Shown: in pieces, positions 1 to 9,587 of the stretch
Numbering within the stretch: the first letter of the stretch is position 1
Layout: every line of letters starts with the position of its first letter
Assembly: GCA_041690135.1 (NCBI GenBank)
Contig: JAWLHY010000018.1
Coordinates: forward strand, 106,683-170,682
From: Armatimonadota bacterium
GTDB taxonomy: Bacteria; Armatimonadota; SYMT01
Length of the DNA stretch: 64,000 nt
Reading direction: 5' to 3'
Translations under genes and position numbers: made by a program
The notes under the pieces: model-generated
What the model saw: the letters and a program-made list of their open reading frames with translations, nothing else
Database searches by the model: none
Told to the model about the DNA's origin: nothing

Positions 1-1578
1 ATGCTGGAGCTCCGCGTCGACCCACCCGCTGACTTTGGAGATCTGCGCGGTACCCGTCGGCCGGACGATCATAAAGCTCTGCATGAAGGCATCGTCGATC
101 GGGCCCTGGAGGCCGTGACGCTTCCGCAGCACGCCATCGTCTACGGCGTCAACCCGCTTCCACTTGCCGCCCTCGCGCCGGAGGTGCACCGTCCACGACC
201 GATCGGTGGCGATTGGCGCTCCGCTGACCTTCTGCCCATCCACCTTCAACAACGGCGACCGGGTGCTATCCAGGGGACACGTGCCCGCCGGCATCTCCAG
301 GCTCAGGGCCGTGATGTTCTTCGTCGTTAGACGAAGGTTGTGGTCGTCGACGATCTCGGCGTCAATCCGCGCCGGCTCCCAGTGATGCTCGAGACCGTCG
401 GCCACCACCCACGCCTGGCGGTTGTAGGCGAGAGTTGGCGTGGCAAGCACTACCCGCTTCGGGACGGGGTTGCGCCCGCGCTCCACGATCGGATCGAGGA
501 GGCGATCGATCTCCACCTTGGACGCCGGATGATAGCTGTGCCCCGTGTTCGGTCCGATGATGTGCACCATCCGCAGGTTCTCTTTCGCCAGGGCCTTTTC
601 CATCACGTCGGCGGCCTGCTTCTGCGTGTCTTTCTCGCCGCTGTACACCACCGTCGGCAGGTTGTGGAAGTTGGCGGCGTACTCGGGACAGTCGTACATT
701 TGCCACAGCTTCTTTTCCCACCAGGTCGGCTTGAGGGTCTCCTTCTGGAAGACCTTGAGGAACTCCGGCGTTTCGGAGAAGCCCGCACCGGGTGCGGCCG
801 CGGCCCACTCTCCGGCGTAGTGGGCGGCAAACTGCCAGCAGGCGGCACCGCCCATGGAGAAGCCGCGGACGACGATCCGGTTGTCGTCGATCTTGTAACG
901 GCGCTTGATGTCGGCCAGGGCCTCGAACAGGTCCACCTCGCCGGCCAGCTTGTTCGCATTGCAGTAACGGCCGTAAGGCTGGACCACAAAAAGATCGGGG
1001 CGCGCAAACGGACCGCCGCTGTTCTGCACGCCGGTGAGGAAGTTGACTTCACTCAGCACCTCGCCGCGACCATGGAACCAGGTGTCCAGCCGCCACCGGT
1101 GCGGGCTGTCGGGGTTATAGGCGCGGGGGACGGACAGGCCGTAAGGTTGTACCGAGCCGTCGATGCGGGATACGTATCCGAGCGCGATCGGTCCGGTCTG
1201 GGTGGTCCAGGGAGTCTGTCCGGCGGCCAGGTTACGGGCGCGCTCCTGACCCTCGGCCAGCAGCTTCTTCGCTTTGCCGATGTCGGCGGGGGCGAAGAAC
1301 TCGTTGTGCTCCAGCGCGTAGCGGACGGCGTTGTGGTAGATCTGCACGTCCGGAACGTGAGGGGCCGTCTTCGGGTTGGTCCGGAGGCTCTCGATCGCTT
1401 TGCCGAGTTCGGCCAGGCCCTGGGTGAGCGCCTGGCGGTCCGCGTCCGGCACGGGAACGCCGGCGGGCGGCACCGGCCGTACCTTTTCCGGGATGTTGTC
1501 GGCCGGGCCGTCCGCGACGGCGACCGCGGCGATACCGCCGGCAAGCAGGGCAGAAAGAAGAAGTGGAGAACGGTTCAT
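1..1578 (-). CDS. Secreted alpha/beta-hydrolase (prolyl oligopeptidase/esterase family), 3' end runs off the window
   Basis: Manual translation of the minus strand from ATG 1578 (MNRSPLLLSALLAGGIAAVAVA signal peptide). It contains WFHGRG, the nucleophile motif GFSMGG, YSGEKD and TGHSY, and stays open to position 1. Absent from the ORF track because it has no stop in the window. Confidence 0.8.
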   Translation of the reverse strand, partial: MNRSPLLLSALLAGGIAAVAVADGPADNIPEKVRPVPPAGVPVPDADRQALTQGLAELGKAIESLRTNPKTAPHVPDVQIYHNAVRYALEHNEFFAPADIGKAKKLLAEGQERARNLAAGQTPWTTQTGPIALGYVSRIDGSVQPYGLSVPRAYNPDSPHRWRLDTWFHGRGEVLSEVNFLTGVQNSGGPFARPDLFVVQPYGRYCNANKLAGEVDLFEALADIKRRYKIDDNRIVVRGFSMGGAACWQFAAHYAGEWAAAAPGAGFSETPEFLKVFQKETLKPTWWEKKLWQMYDCPEYAANFHNLPTVVYSGEKDTQKQAADVMEKALAKENLRMVHIIGPNTGHSYHPASKVEIDRLLDPIVERGRNPVPKRVVLATPTLAYNRQAWVVADGLEHHWEPARIDAEIVDDHNLRLTTKNITALSLEMPAGTCPLDSTRSPLLKVDGQKVSGAPIATDRSWTVHLRREGGKWKRVDAVDDGVLRKRHGLQGPIDDAFMQSFMIVRPTGTAQISKVSGWVDAELQH

Positions 1579-1664
1579 GGTGTCAGGTCTTTTGGCCCGG
1601 GGAACGCTCACCAGGAGCACGGGTCACCGGGACCATTTCCGGCCGTGCTTTCCGAAGTCCTCCC

Positions 1665-2555
1665 ATGATGCAACACCTCAACATTCCGAGACGCGCACCG
1701 GCGCATGCGGTGCTTCTGGTGAGCTTCGTGCTCCTGGCCATTTTGCCGGGCCGGAAGGCGGTGGGTCAGGGAGTCTCGCTGTTGGGACGGGCCGGGGAGG
1801 TCGCGCTGGCGCTGCGGAGTATTTCCGTGGAGCGTGTGGGGCGGCTGGAACTGGACCCTAGCGGGAAGCCTCGGGCGAACGGGGAGCCGGCCGCAAGCGA
1901 GGTGACGGTGGAGTTGGGACTGGGCAGCCGCGATCCGGATGCCTTGGCGGCACTCACGACCGGGCCGCTGGTCGGGGTCCGCTTTCGGGCCGCGGATGAC
2001 CGCGGCCAGGTGTTGACCCACGTGGGAGCCGAAGTGATCCAGGAGTCGTCCGTCGATCGGGTGGAATCTCGCCTGCGGGTGAAACTTCGCGGACCCGCTT
2101 CTCCGGCCCGTACTCTCCGGTCGCTGGAAGGCGCGCTGCTCGCCTATCCGAAAGCTCGCCGCATCCGCTTCCACGTGCCCTGGAGCAAAGAAGACCTCCC
2201 GGTTGCCGTGGAGTATGGTGAGGGTCGCGCTACGCTGCGCCGTTTCCACCTGGTCGGAGACGAGAGTACGCTCTGGGTGGCACTCTTGCCCCCGGCGGGC
2301 TTCCGGGTGGCACCCCTGGAGCACCCAGGCACCCTCACCGCGCGGGCCATGGATATCTACGGCAACCTGGTGAGCGGTGGAGCCATCACGGAGACGGTGC
2401 AAACCCAGACAGGGAAGGAGCCGGAATTCCGGTTCTATGCCCCCGTGCTCCGTCGCATTCCTTCTCGCCTGATGCTGGACGTGGTATGCGTGGCCGGAGA
2501 GCCGCGAGCCGTCCCGTTCCGGACGGGCTCCATCCCCCTGCCTCGGAGTCGCTAG
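1665..2555 (+). CDS. Hypothetical secreted or membrane-anchored protein
   Basis: ORF with an N-terminal hydrophobic segment (AVLLVSFVLLAIL). Fills the gap before the STAS gene. No family recognised. Confidence 0.6.
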   Translation: MMQHLNIPRRAPAHAVLLVSFVLLAILPGRKAVGQGVSLLGRAGEVALALRSISVERVGRLELDPSGKPRANGEPAASEVTVELGLGSRDPDALAALTTGPLVGVRFRAADDRGQVLTHVGAEVIQESSVDRVESRLRVKLRGPASPARTLRSLEGALLAYPKARRIRFHVPWSKEDLPVAVEYGEGRATLRRFHLVGDESTLWVALLPPAGFRVAPLEHPGTLTARAMDIYGNLVSGGAITETVQTQTGKEPEFRFYAPVLRRIPSRLMLDVVCVAGEPRAVPFRTGSIPLPRSR

Positions 2556-2646
2556 CTTCCGCTTCGTCAGGTTTCCTGTCCCCCCTGGCGGGGGTAATTC
2601 TGGCTTGGCGCGCCGTCACCCGGCGGCGGAAGGAGAGGTGCAGAGC

Positions 2647-2985
2647 ATGAGTGACGTGGACGGGAGCCCCATCGCCGAGACGCCCGATGGTGAGGAGCAG
2701 ATCTTCCGGATCGAACAGGAGTCGATCGACGCGACCAATGCCTGGGATCTTCGCCCAGCGTTGCTGCGGGCACTCTACACGGGCGGACCGGAACTCTGGA
2801 TCGACCTCGCCCAGGTCAGTTTTATCGATAGCACCGGACTGGGGATGCTGGTCAGCGTCCTGCAAGAGGCTCGGGAGATGCAGGGCAATATCCACCTGAT
2901 CAACGCCAGCCGGGAAGTCCGGCGTCTCCTACAGGTGACCGGGCTGGAACTGCTCTTTGAGCAGCAGGGTGCCGCGGCGGTGTGA
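2647..2985 (+). CDS. STAS-domain anti-sigma factor antagonist (RsbV/SpoIIAA-like)
   Basis: IDLAQVSFIDSTGLGMLV with the conserved phospho-Ser, and VRRLLQVTGL. Purine-rich RBS upstream. Confidence 0.9.
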   Translation: MSDVDGSPIAETPDGEEQIFRIEQESIDATNAWDLRPALLRALYTGGPELWIDLAQVSFIDSTGLGMLVSVLQEAREMQGNIHLINASREVRRLLQVTGLELLFEQQGAAAV

Positions 2986-3024
2986 CGGCTCAACGCCACC
3001 GCGGCGAGGTTCGCGAGAGCTGGT

Positions 3025-3852
3025 TTACGCCAGCAGCGCCTTGAGCCGGCTCAAGGCCTGGCGCTCCAGGCGCGAAACGTGCATTTGCGAAATGCCGAGT
3101 CGACGCGCTACCTCGGCCTGGGAGGCTTCTTCAAAGAACCGGGCGTAGATGATCGCCTGTTGACGCTGGTCGAGACGTTCCACCGCCCGCCGTACCGTTT
3201 CCCTTTCCTCGATCGCATGGATCTCCGGGTCGGCCTGGCCGATGGCGTCCCAGAAGGAAGACTTTTCGTCCCCGTTCTCGTCTTGTAAATGCGCGTCCAG
3301 CGAGGCCGGCTGATAGACGCGGTCGAGGTCCATCGCCTGGAGAAGCCGTTCCTCGTTCACCCCGGCGGCCTGGGCCATCTCTTCGATGGTCGGCGGACGG
3401 CCGAGGCGCTGTTCGAGCTGCTCCCGCAGCTTCCGCAGGCTTAGGCCCAGCTCGCGCAGTCTCCGTGGCGCTTTGAGCCCCCAGGTCTGGTCGCGGAAGT
3501 ACCGCTTGATCTCTCCGGTGATGGTGGGAACGGCAAACGTCACAAAGCTAACGCCCTTGTCCGGGTCGAACCGGTCAATGGCGGCGATGAGCCCCACATA
3601 GCCCACCTGCACCAGGTCGTCCAGGGAGGTGCCGGCCCCCGCCCCGAAACGGCTGGCCAGATAGCGCACCATCCGTTCGTGCAGCAACACCAGTCGGTCC
3701 CGGATGCGGATGTCGCGGGTCCTGGCATACTCCCGGAGGAGAACCTGCGGATCATCCGACAGGTCCATTACGGGACGGGAAGGTTCGTTACGGGATGACG
3801 TTGACGCTGTTTCGAGGCCCGTTGCCACGCTTGAAGGAGTCTCGTTCCGCAT
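3025..3852 (-). CDS. SigB/SigF/SigG-family RNA polymerase sigma factor
   Basis: DDLVQVGYVGLIAAIDRFDP, FAVPTITGEIKRYFRD, and region 4 SQAEVARRLGISQMHVSRLER. Confidence 0.93.
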   Translation of the reverse strand: MRNETPSSVATGLETASTSSRNEPSRPVMDLSDDPQVLLREYARTRDIRIRDRLVLLHERMVRYLASRFGAGAGTSLDDLVQVGYVGLIAAIDRFDPDKGVSFVTFAVPTITGEIKRYFRDQTWGLKAPRRLRELGLSLRKLREQLEQRLGRPPTIEEMAQAAGVNEERLLQAMDLDRVYQPASLDAHLQDENGDEKSSFWDAIGQADPEIHAIEERETVRRAVERLDQRQQAIIYARFFEEASQAEVARRLGISQMHVSRLERQALSRLKALLA

Positions 3853-4042
3853 AATAAGACTGATCGGGTTCGCGGGGTCGGCACCTGCGATAAGGTGGCG
3901 AAAACGGCAATAACCATGGTTTCGCCTGAAGGGAGGACCTCTCCTGCCCTGACAGGTACTTACGACTGGGTCCGCGCTATTGTAACAGAGTTTGACGACA
4001 GCAAGCGGACTTTATCCGGTCCGCCGGGAGTTTCGAACAGGA

Positions 4043-4435
4043 ATGAATGACTTTATTGACCAGCTCTCCGATCGGGTCCGGGTAGAGGGGATCGAGTTCC
4101 ATGGGTTCCACGGAGTTCCGGCCGAGGAAAGGGTCCTCGGGCATCGTTATCGGGTCAATCTGGAGCTGGAATTGGATCTCGCGCCCGCGGGTCGGTCCGA
4201 CGATTTCAGGCTCACGGTAGACTACGCACAAGCGGCCCGTCTGGTTCTCGAAATTGGAACGGGCCCCTCGGTGCAGTTAGTGGAGACCCTGGCGGAACGG
4301 ATGGCCGAGCGGTTGCTCGCTGAGTTCACCCGGGCGGACGCGGTGGTTCTCGAGGTTGCCAAGATCCATCCGCCGGTGCCCTTGCCCATCGGCGCCAGCG
4401 TCATCCGGATCCGGAGGGTGCGCCAGAAGGCGTGA
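4043..4435 (+). CDS. folB: Dihydroneopterin aldolase
   Basis: FHGFHGVPAEERVLG, SDDFRLTVDY, LVETLAE and VAK motifs. Confidence 0.92.
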   Translation: MNDFIDQLSDRVRVEGIEFHGFHGVPAEERVLGHRYRVNLELELDLAPAGRSDDFRLTVDYAQAARLVLEIGTGPSVQLVETLAERMAERLLAEFTRADAVVLEVAKIHPPVPLPIGASVIRIRRVRQKA

Positions 4436-4437
4436 GC

Positions 4438-4677
4438 TCAGGCCGCGCGGCCGTCTACCCAATGGGGTTTGCCTTTCATCCGCGCCAACACCCCGGCGGG
4501 CACTTCATAGACCTCGTACTGCGCGATCCCCTCTTCCCGTGCGAACTGCTCCAGGCGGTCGCGGGTGGTGAAGAAGAGGGGTCCGCTTTCTGTGGCCCCC
4601 TCTCCTCTCCGGAACGCTTCTCGGGTCTCCGGGTTGACGATCATCAGCACGGTCGCTTCGTTTGCAGGTGCGGGCAT
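4438..4677 (-). CDS. Small hypothetical protein (79 aa)
   Basis: ATG 4677 preceded by GGAGGAG. The product MPAPANEATVLMIVNPET... reads as a globular protein. Confidence 0.6.
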   Translation of the reverse strand: MPAPANEATVLMIVNPETREAFRRGEGATESGPLFFTTRDRLEQFAREEGIAQYEVYEVPAGVLARMKGKPHWVDGRAA

Positions 4678-4839
4678 TCGACACTCCTCCAGGACTGCGG
4701 CGCGGGCCGCCGGTACGGCTCTCTCTACTTTACCCGCACTACACCGCTCACGCGGCCTTCCCGGTTGAGCGTTCGTTTCTCTTTTCGGTTCGCCGGGTAA
4801 CTTTCGGCCAGAGGCCATCGAAGTAGGGAGAAGCAAGCG

Positions 4840-5532
4840 ATGAGTAAGTGTGGAGTATGGATCGCGGGCGCGGCGCTGGCACTGGGTCTGAGTGCGCCCG
4901 CGAGCGCGCAGTTGATTACGAGCATCGGCTACGTGGATCGAATATCGGACGATGGTGGCGGTCTCGTGGTGCGAATGGCGGACCGGATGCGTCATATCAC
5001 CGTCAATCCCGACGCGGAAGTGACGATCAATGGGCGCCCCGCTGAACTATCCGACATATCGTATAACGCGCGGGTTCGCATCATGAGTTGGCAAGACCGC
5101 GCTAACCGTTTGCATGCCAATGTCGTGCGGGTGGAGCAGCCGTTTACTGCCACCCGTAGAGCGGGGATTGCTCCCGGTACGGTGATTTCGGGGACCGTGG
5201 CCGGACTGTATCCGTCCGAGAGTGCGGTGCTGCTGCGCACCCGAGTGGGGTTCCGCCAGGTCAACCTGGGTAATGCGCCGGTCCTCCTCAACGGGCGTGC
5301 GATCAACTTGCGCGACTTGGCTCTGGGAGACGAAATTCAGGTCCAGCAGGCTTATCCTCCGGGAGGATTGATTCCGTTGACGGCGTTGACGGTAGTGACA
5401 ACGCCACAGAGCGTGGCGGGTTATCGGGCGACTTTCCGCTCCTCGGGGAGCGCCGCGCGGGCACCGATGCCTTCAGCTCCCTTCAGTGGCAATTCAAACC
5501 TTTTGCCAGGACCGGTGGAGCCGCGGTTCTAG
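4840..5532 (+). CDS. Secreted hypothetical protein with two beta-rich (OB-like) repeats
   Basis: Signal peptide ending APASA. Repeated motif VTINGRPAELSDI / VLLNGRAINLRDLALGDEIQV. Confidence 0.7.
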   Translation: MSKCGVWIAGAALALGLSAPASAQLITSIGYVDRISDDGGGLVVRMADRMRHITVNPDAEVTINGRPAELSDISYNARVRIMSWQDRANRLHANVVRVEQPFTATRRAGIAPGTVISGTVAGLYPSESAVLLRTRVGFRQVNLGNAPVLLNGRAINLRDLALGDEIQVQQAYPPGGLIPLTALTVVTTPQSVAGYRATFRSSGSAARAPMPSAPFSGNSNLLPGPVEPRF

Positions 5533-5561
5533 CAGAGGGGGTGGCAATCATTAGCATAATC

Positions 5562-5596
5562 AACGCCGCCCTCCGCAAGTGACGGAGGGCGGCGTT
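5562..5596. terminator. Bidirectional intrinsic terminator-like hairpin
   Basis: Perfect 14-bp stem AACGCCGCCCTCCG / CGGAGGGCGGCGTT with a 7-nt loop, between convergent genes. Confidence 0.75.
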
Positions 5597-5636
5597 TGGA
5601 TTTATGCGCCGGAAGCCCGGTTCACTCGCCTGCCGG

Positions 5637-6230
5637 TCAGCTGGAGGTCACCTTGACTAGCGGCGGCCGGATAACGCGATCGTTTAGTTTGTAACCGGCC
5701 CGGAGTTCTTCCACTACCTGGTTCGGCTCCTGACCTTCCTGGGGCTCCACCTGCATAATCGCCTCGTGCAGGTTGGGATCGAACGACTGTCCCACGGACT
5801 CGATCCGCTCCAGCCCCTGGCGCGTGACCACATCCATCAGTTGGCGATGAATCTGGGCCACGCCGCTCTTCAGCCCCTCGATGTCGGAGAACTGCTCCGC
5901 CGCTTCCAGGGCGCGGGTAAAGTTGTCCAACACGGGAAGGAGATCGGTAATGAACCGTTCGTTGGAGCGGCTGATGGCATCTTCCGCGTCCCGCGCCGCG
6001 CGGCGGCGAACGTTTTCCATCTCCGCCACGGCCCGGAGACAGCGATCTCGCCAGTCATTCACCTCGGCTTCGAGTTGGGCGATCCGGTCACCCTGCGCCT
6101 GGCCATCCGCTGACTGGCCAGACTGATCCTGCGGTGCATCGACGGCGGCGTCTTCTTCCGCGGTCTCCTGCGAAGCCTCTTCGGCGCGAATTTCTTCTTC
6201 TGCAGCGTCCCGTTTCCGCGGCATGCTCAA
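5637..6230 (-). CDS. grpE: Nucleotide exchange factor GrpE
   Basis: LRAVAEMENVRRR, LLPVLDNFTRAL, FDPNLHEAI and GYKLNDRVIRP. The start may be ATG 6224. Confidence 0.95.
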   Translation of the reverse strand: MSMPRKRDAAEEEIRAEEASQETAEEDAAVDAPQDQSGQSADGQAQGDRIAQLEAEVNDWRDRCLRAVAEMENVRRRAARDAEDAISRSNERFITDLLPVLDNFTRALEAAEQFSDIEGLKSGVAQIHRQLMDVVTRQGLERIESVGQSFDPNLHEAIMQVEPQEGQEPNQVVEELRAGYKLNDRVIRPPLVKVTSS

Positions 6231-6416
6231 AAACCTCGTTCTCTACGCATCAACCGGGGTCAGGCCCACCGGCCTTCCCCATGATACCTCAATGACTGCC
6301 GCTGCGGAGGGTACCTGCGCCCGCAGAGTTCCCTCCACGAGGCTGCACTCGCTCGAAAGTAGCTGGTTGGGCGTATCGCCCGCTCCTACCAGGGTCCCAA
6401 AGCGAATCGCCGGCGC

Positions 6417-7445
6417 CTACTCGCAGCCGAGGCGCGTCAGGGTCTCGGACAGCAACCGGGCGGCATACTGGACCGCCGGTACTGCCTGAGCGTAGTGCAT
6501 CCGGGTGGGGCCCAGCACCCCGACCCAGCCGTGAAGGCGGGTACCTGCCGAATACCGCGCAGCCACGACGCTTACTTCCTGCATCGCCTCGTGCGGGTTC
6601 TCGTGGCCGATACTCACCGTCAGGTTCTGATCCTCCAGCAACTGCTGCAGCGTTTCGAAGGCGGTCTTTCGTTCTTCCAGGAATCGGACCAAAGGTTCAA
6701 GCTTGTTGGAGTCTCGGAACTCCGGTTGTTCCAGCATGCGGCTGGCGCCGTCAAGAAAGAGATCGCCATCCTCTCCGGCCACGCCCCGGGCAATCAGGTT
6801 CAGCACCAGTTTGACCAGTTCGGCGTTGACCGGCACTTCCTCGATCGGGAGGGCCACCTGGCTAACACGGCTGACAGAGACCTCCCGCAACAGCGTATCG
6901 ACCAGGTTGCCCAGGCGAGTTACCTCCACGGGCGACAACACCCACGGCAATTCGGTGAACCGGTGGATTACCTGTCCACTGTCGAGAATAATGACGGCCA
7001 AAACCCGATTGGGCGCCACCTGGACGACGTTAACCTGGCGGATGACGGGTTCTCCGGCGGCGGGTGGTGTCGCCACGGAGGTGTAGCGGGTGAGGCTGGA
7101 GAGTACCCGGCAGGTCTGGGTCAGCAGTTGCTCGAGGTCGCCCTCGCTGAACTTCTGCGCACCCCGCAGGGCGCGCACGTCCGCCGGTGGCAGCCGGTCC
7201 CACGTCATCAGGTGGTCGACGTAATAACGGTAGCCCAGATCCGACGGGATGCGGCCGGCCGACGTATGCGGTTGCCGCAAGTAGCCGAGCTCGGTCATCT
7301 CCGAGAGCTCGTTCCGGATAGTCGCCGAACGTACTCCCAGGGCCTCATAGGATGCCAGGAACTGAGACCCCACGGGCTCCGCCTTCTCGACGTACCGGAT
7401 GACAATCGCCTGGAGGAGTGCCTGTTTGCGTCGATCGAGCTGCAT
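6417..7445 (-). CDS. hrcA: Heat-inducible transcription repressor HrcA
   Basis: EPVGS, SATIRNEL, QPHTSAGRIPSDLGYRYYVD and GVLGPTRMHY. Confidence 0.97.
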   Translation of the reverse strand: MQLDRRKQALLQAIVIRYVEKAEPVGSQFLASYEALGVRSATIRNELSEMTELGYLRQPHTSAGRIPSDLGYRYYVDHLMTWDRLPPADVRALRGAQKFSEGDLEQLLTQTCRVLSSLTRYTSVATPPAAGEPVIRQVNVVQVAPNRVLAVIILDSGQVIHRFTELPWVLSPVEVTRLGNLVDTLLREVSVSRVSQVALPIEEVPVNAELVKLVLNLIARGVAGEDGDLFLDGASRMLEQPEFRDSNKLEPLVRFLEERKTAFETLQQLLEDQNLTVSIGHENPHEAMQEVSVVAARYSAGTRLHGWVGVLGPTRMHYAQAVPAVQYAARLLSETLTRLGCE

Positions 7446-7547
7446 GGCCCCTACTCTCTTACTGCACTAACGAGGAGTCAAAGGTCACTTCCGGCCCTGT
7501 TTTGGCCGCCAAAATCGAGGCACTTCGTGCCTGAGTTTAATGAAATA

Positions 7548-7574
7548 TTAGCACTCGCTGTCCACGAGTGTCAA
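7548..7574 (-). promoter_or_regulatory. CIRCE operator upstream of hrcA
   Basis: TTAGCACTC-N9-GAGTGTCAA versus the consensus TTAGCACTC-N9-GAGTGCTAA. On the minus strand it begins TTGACA, overlapping a -35-like box. Confidence 0.9.
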
Positions 7575-7760
7575 TGTTCCCTTGCCATACGAAAGAGCTT
7601 GCAACTGCGGGTCGATGGGTTACTACCCGCTCGCCGGGCGCGTGTAACCCTGGCGGGCAGTACGCCGGCAGGCAGTACACCGACGGAACGCGTGTGTTTC
7701 CGACGGTTTCGGGAAAACAAGCGAGAACAGAGTGGGACTGAGGAATCTTGAGGTCAACCC

Positions 7761-7997
7761 ATGGAGCACGATCGCCTGGTGACGGTACGGAGTTACGACA
7801 ATCCCATCGAGGCGCACCTTGCCCGCTCCTTTCTGGAAGCGGCGGACATCCAGTCGTTCCTCATGGACGAGCAGATTATAGGCGTCCACCCCGGCCTGAA
7901 TGTAGCGGTGGGAGGCGTCAAGCTTCAGGTGGCGGCAGAAGACTTTGAAGAGGCTGCCCGGCTGCTGGAACAGGGATGGGAAGACCCGACGGGCTAG
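7761..7997 (+). CDS. DUF2007-like small protein
   Basis: LVTVRSYDNPIEAHLARSFLEAADI and GGVKLQVAAEDFEEA pattern. GAGG RBS. Confidence 0.8.
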   Translation: MEHDRLVTVRSYDNPIEAHLARSFLEAADIQSFLMDEQIIGVHPGLNVAVGGVKLQVAAEDFEEAARLLEQGWEDPTG

Positions 7998-8217
7998 AAC
8001 AATTCGCGGATCGGGGCACCAGGATGGACTCGGGGTGCCGGCCGCCCCTAGCGGGGACCGGCTTCCTGTACTTCCAGCATCCCTTCTCCTCACCCGTGAT
8101 CGCAATCCCTAGGGAAACCAATGAGCTTCTGGCACTACGGTTGGGAGTGGAGAACATGCCACAAGTGGCACCCATTTGCCGGGTAGATCATACTTATGCC
8201 AGAAGGGGGAGACGGAT

Positions 8218-9576
8218 ATGCAGGTGGCAGACTGGCAGGCACTCGACTCGGCAATCCTGGCGCAGATGGAGCAGCGGCATATCCCAGGCGCTTCGGTGGC
8301 GGTGGTGGAACGCGGAAGCGTCACTTACGTTCGTGGGTACGGGCAGGCGAACCTGGAGTGGGGAATCCCGGCCCAACCCGACACCGCCTTTGAAATCGCC
8401 TCGGTCACCAAGCCATTCACCGCAACTGGGGTCATGCTGTTGGCGACGGATGGAAAGCTGGACCTCGACGATCCAATAACGCGGTATCTTCCGGAACTGC
8501 CCTCCGCTTACGCCAGCGTTGTTGTGCGCCGGCTCCTCTCCCATACCGCGGGGGTGATCCGCGATGGGATGGACGGTTACTGGAAAGCTCCTCCGGCCAT
8601 CGCCCGGGACTACTCGCGCGAGGAGATGCTGGAGCTTATCGGTGCAGCCTCTCTCTGCTTCTCACCGGGTGATAAGTATGCCTACAGTAATAGTGGTTAC
8701 TTCCTGCTGGGTCTGGTGATCGAGCTTCTCTCCGGCGAGAGCTATTCCGATTTTATGTCCCGGCGTCTCTTCGGGCCGCTGGGGATGGAGGATACCCGAC
8801 CGGCTACACGTCGGGATCTCCTGCCGCGTCGGGCTGCCGGATACTCTTGGGAAGAGGGCGCCTATCGGAATGCCCCCTACTGTGGCCTGACGCACCACTT
8901 CTCCAACGGCGGCCTGGCTTCCACGGTCCTCGATCTGGCGCGCTGGGATGCCGCCCTCTCCAGCGACCGTCTTCTTCCGCAGATGGTCTGGCTGGAGATG
9001 TGGACGCCGGTCTGCCTGAACGACGGCACCGAGGCGGTTTCGGGCCGGGATGCGCTGGGGCTGGGCCAACCTTCCCACACCGGCCTGGGATGGGGGCTTT
9101 CCGGCTATCGAGGGCATCGCACCGTCGGTCACTCCGGAGCGCTGCCGGGTTACACCTCGCAGTTCACCCGCTATCCGGACGACGGAGTTACGATCATTGT
9201 GCTCTGTAACAACTGGGCCGGGGAAGATGGGCGGAACCACGCCCCCACCCTCGCCCGGACGGTGGCCGATCACTGTGTGCCGGACCTGGCGCCGCTTACA
9301 CCTGCCGAGTTGGCCGCGTTGGCGTACTGGGAGCAGGACTTCCCGGAAGCAGCCCGGCGTTACGTGGATCTCCTGGACGGGGGGGAAGCCAACCCGGAAG
9401 CGGCCTATAATGCCGCGCGCTGTTTCGCGCGCGCCGGCGACGCGGGCGAAGCGTTTGTTTACCTTCGCAGAGCGCGTGATCAGGGAATGACCGACGGGAG
9501 CCGCGCCGCGGAAGAGAAGGACTTCGAGTCGCTGCGCGCCGACCCACGCTGGGCGGAACTGGAGAGCGTGGAGTAA
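8218..9576 (+). CDS. Serine hydrolase (class C beta-lactamase/AmpC-like fold) with a C-terminal TPR-like domain
   Basis: SxxK (ASVTK), LLSHTAG, YxN (YSN) and HSG motifs. C-terminal AAYNAARCFARAG...FESLRADPRW. Confidence 0.88.
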   Translation: MQVADWQALDSAILAQMEQRHIPGASVAVVERGSVTYVRGYGQANLEWGIPAQPDTAFEIASVTKPFTATGVMLLATDGKLDLDDPITRYLPELPSAYASVVVRRLLSHTAGVIRDGMDGYWKAPPAIARDYSREEMLELIGAASLCFSPGDKYAYSNSGYFLLGLVIELLSGESYSDFMSRRLFGPLGMEDTRPATRRDLLPRRAAGYSWEEGAYRNAPYCGLTHHFSNGGLASTVLDLARWDAALSSDRLLPQMVWLEMWTPVCLNDGTEAVSGRDALGLGQPSHTGLGWGLSGYRGHRTVGHSGALPGYTSQFTRYPDDGVTIIVLCNNWAGEDGRNHAPTLARTVADHCVPDLAPLTPAELAALAYWEQDFPEAARRYVDLLDGGEANPEAAYNAARCFARAGDAGEAFVYLRRARDQGMTDGSRAAEEKDFESLRADPRWAELESVE

Positions 9577-9587
9577 GCAGCGGGCCG

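Noticed and set aside
340-1668. 442-aa plus-strand ORF
   Set aside because: Antisense shadow of the minus-strand hydrolase gene (1-1578), which carries real motifs.
7656-7683. Imperfect direct repeat GGCAGTAC(G/A)CCG
   Set aside because: Short and imperfect, with only two copies. Plausibly chance in GC-rich DNA.
8218-9576. Antibiotic-resistance beta-lactamase
   Set aside because: No signal peptide and a generic serine-hydrolase sequence. Resistance cannot be inferred.
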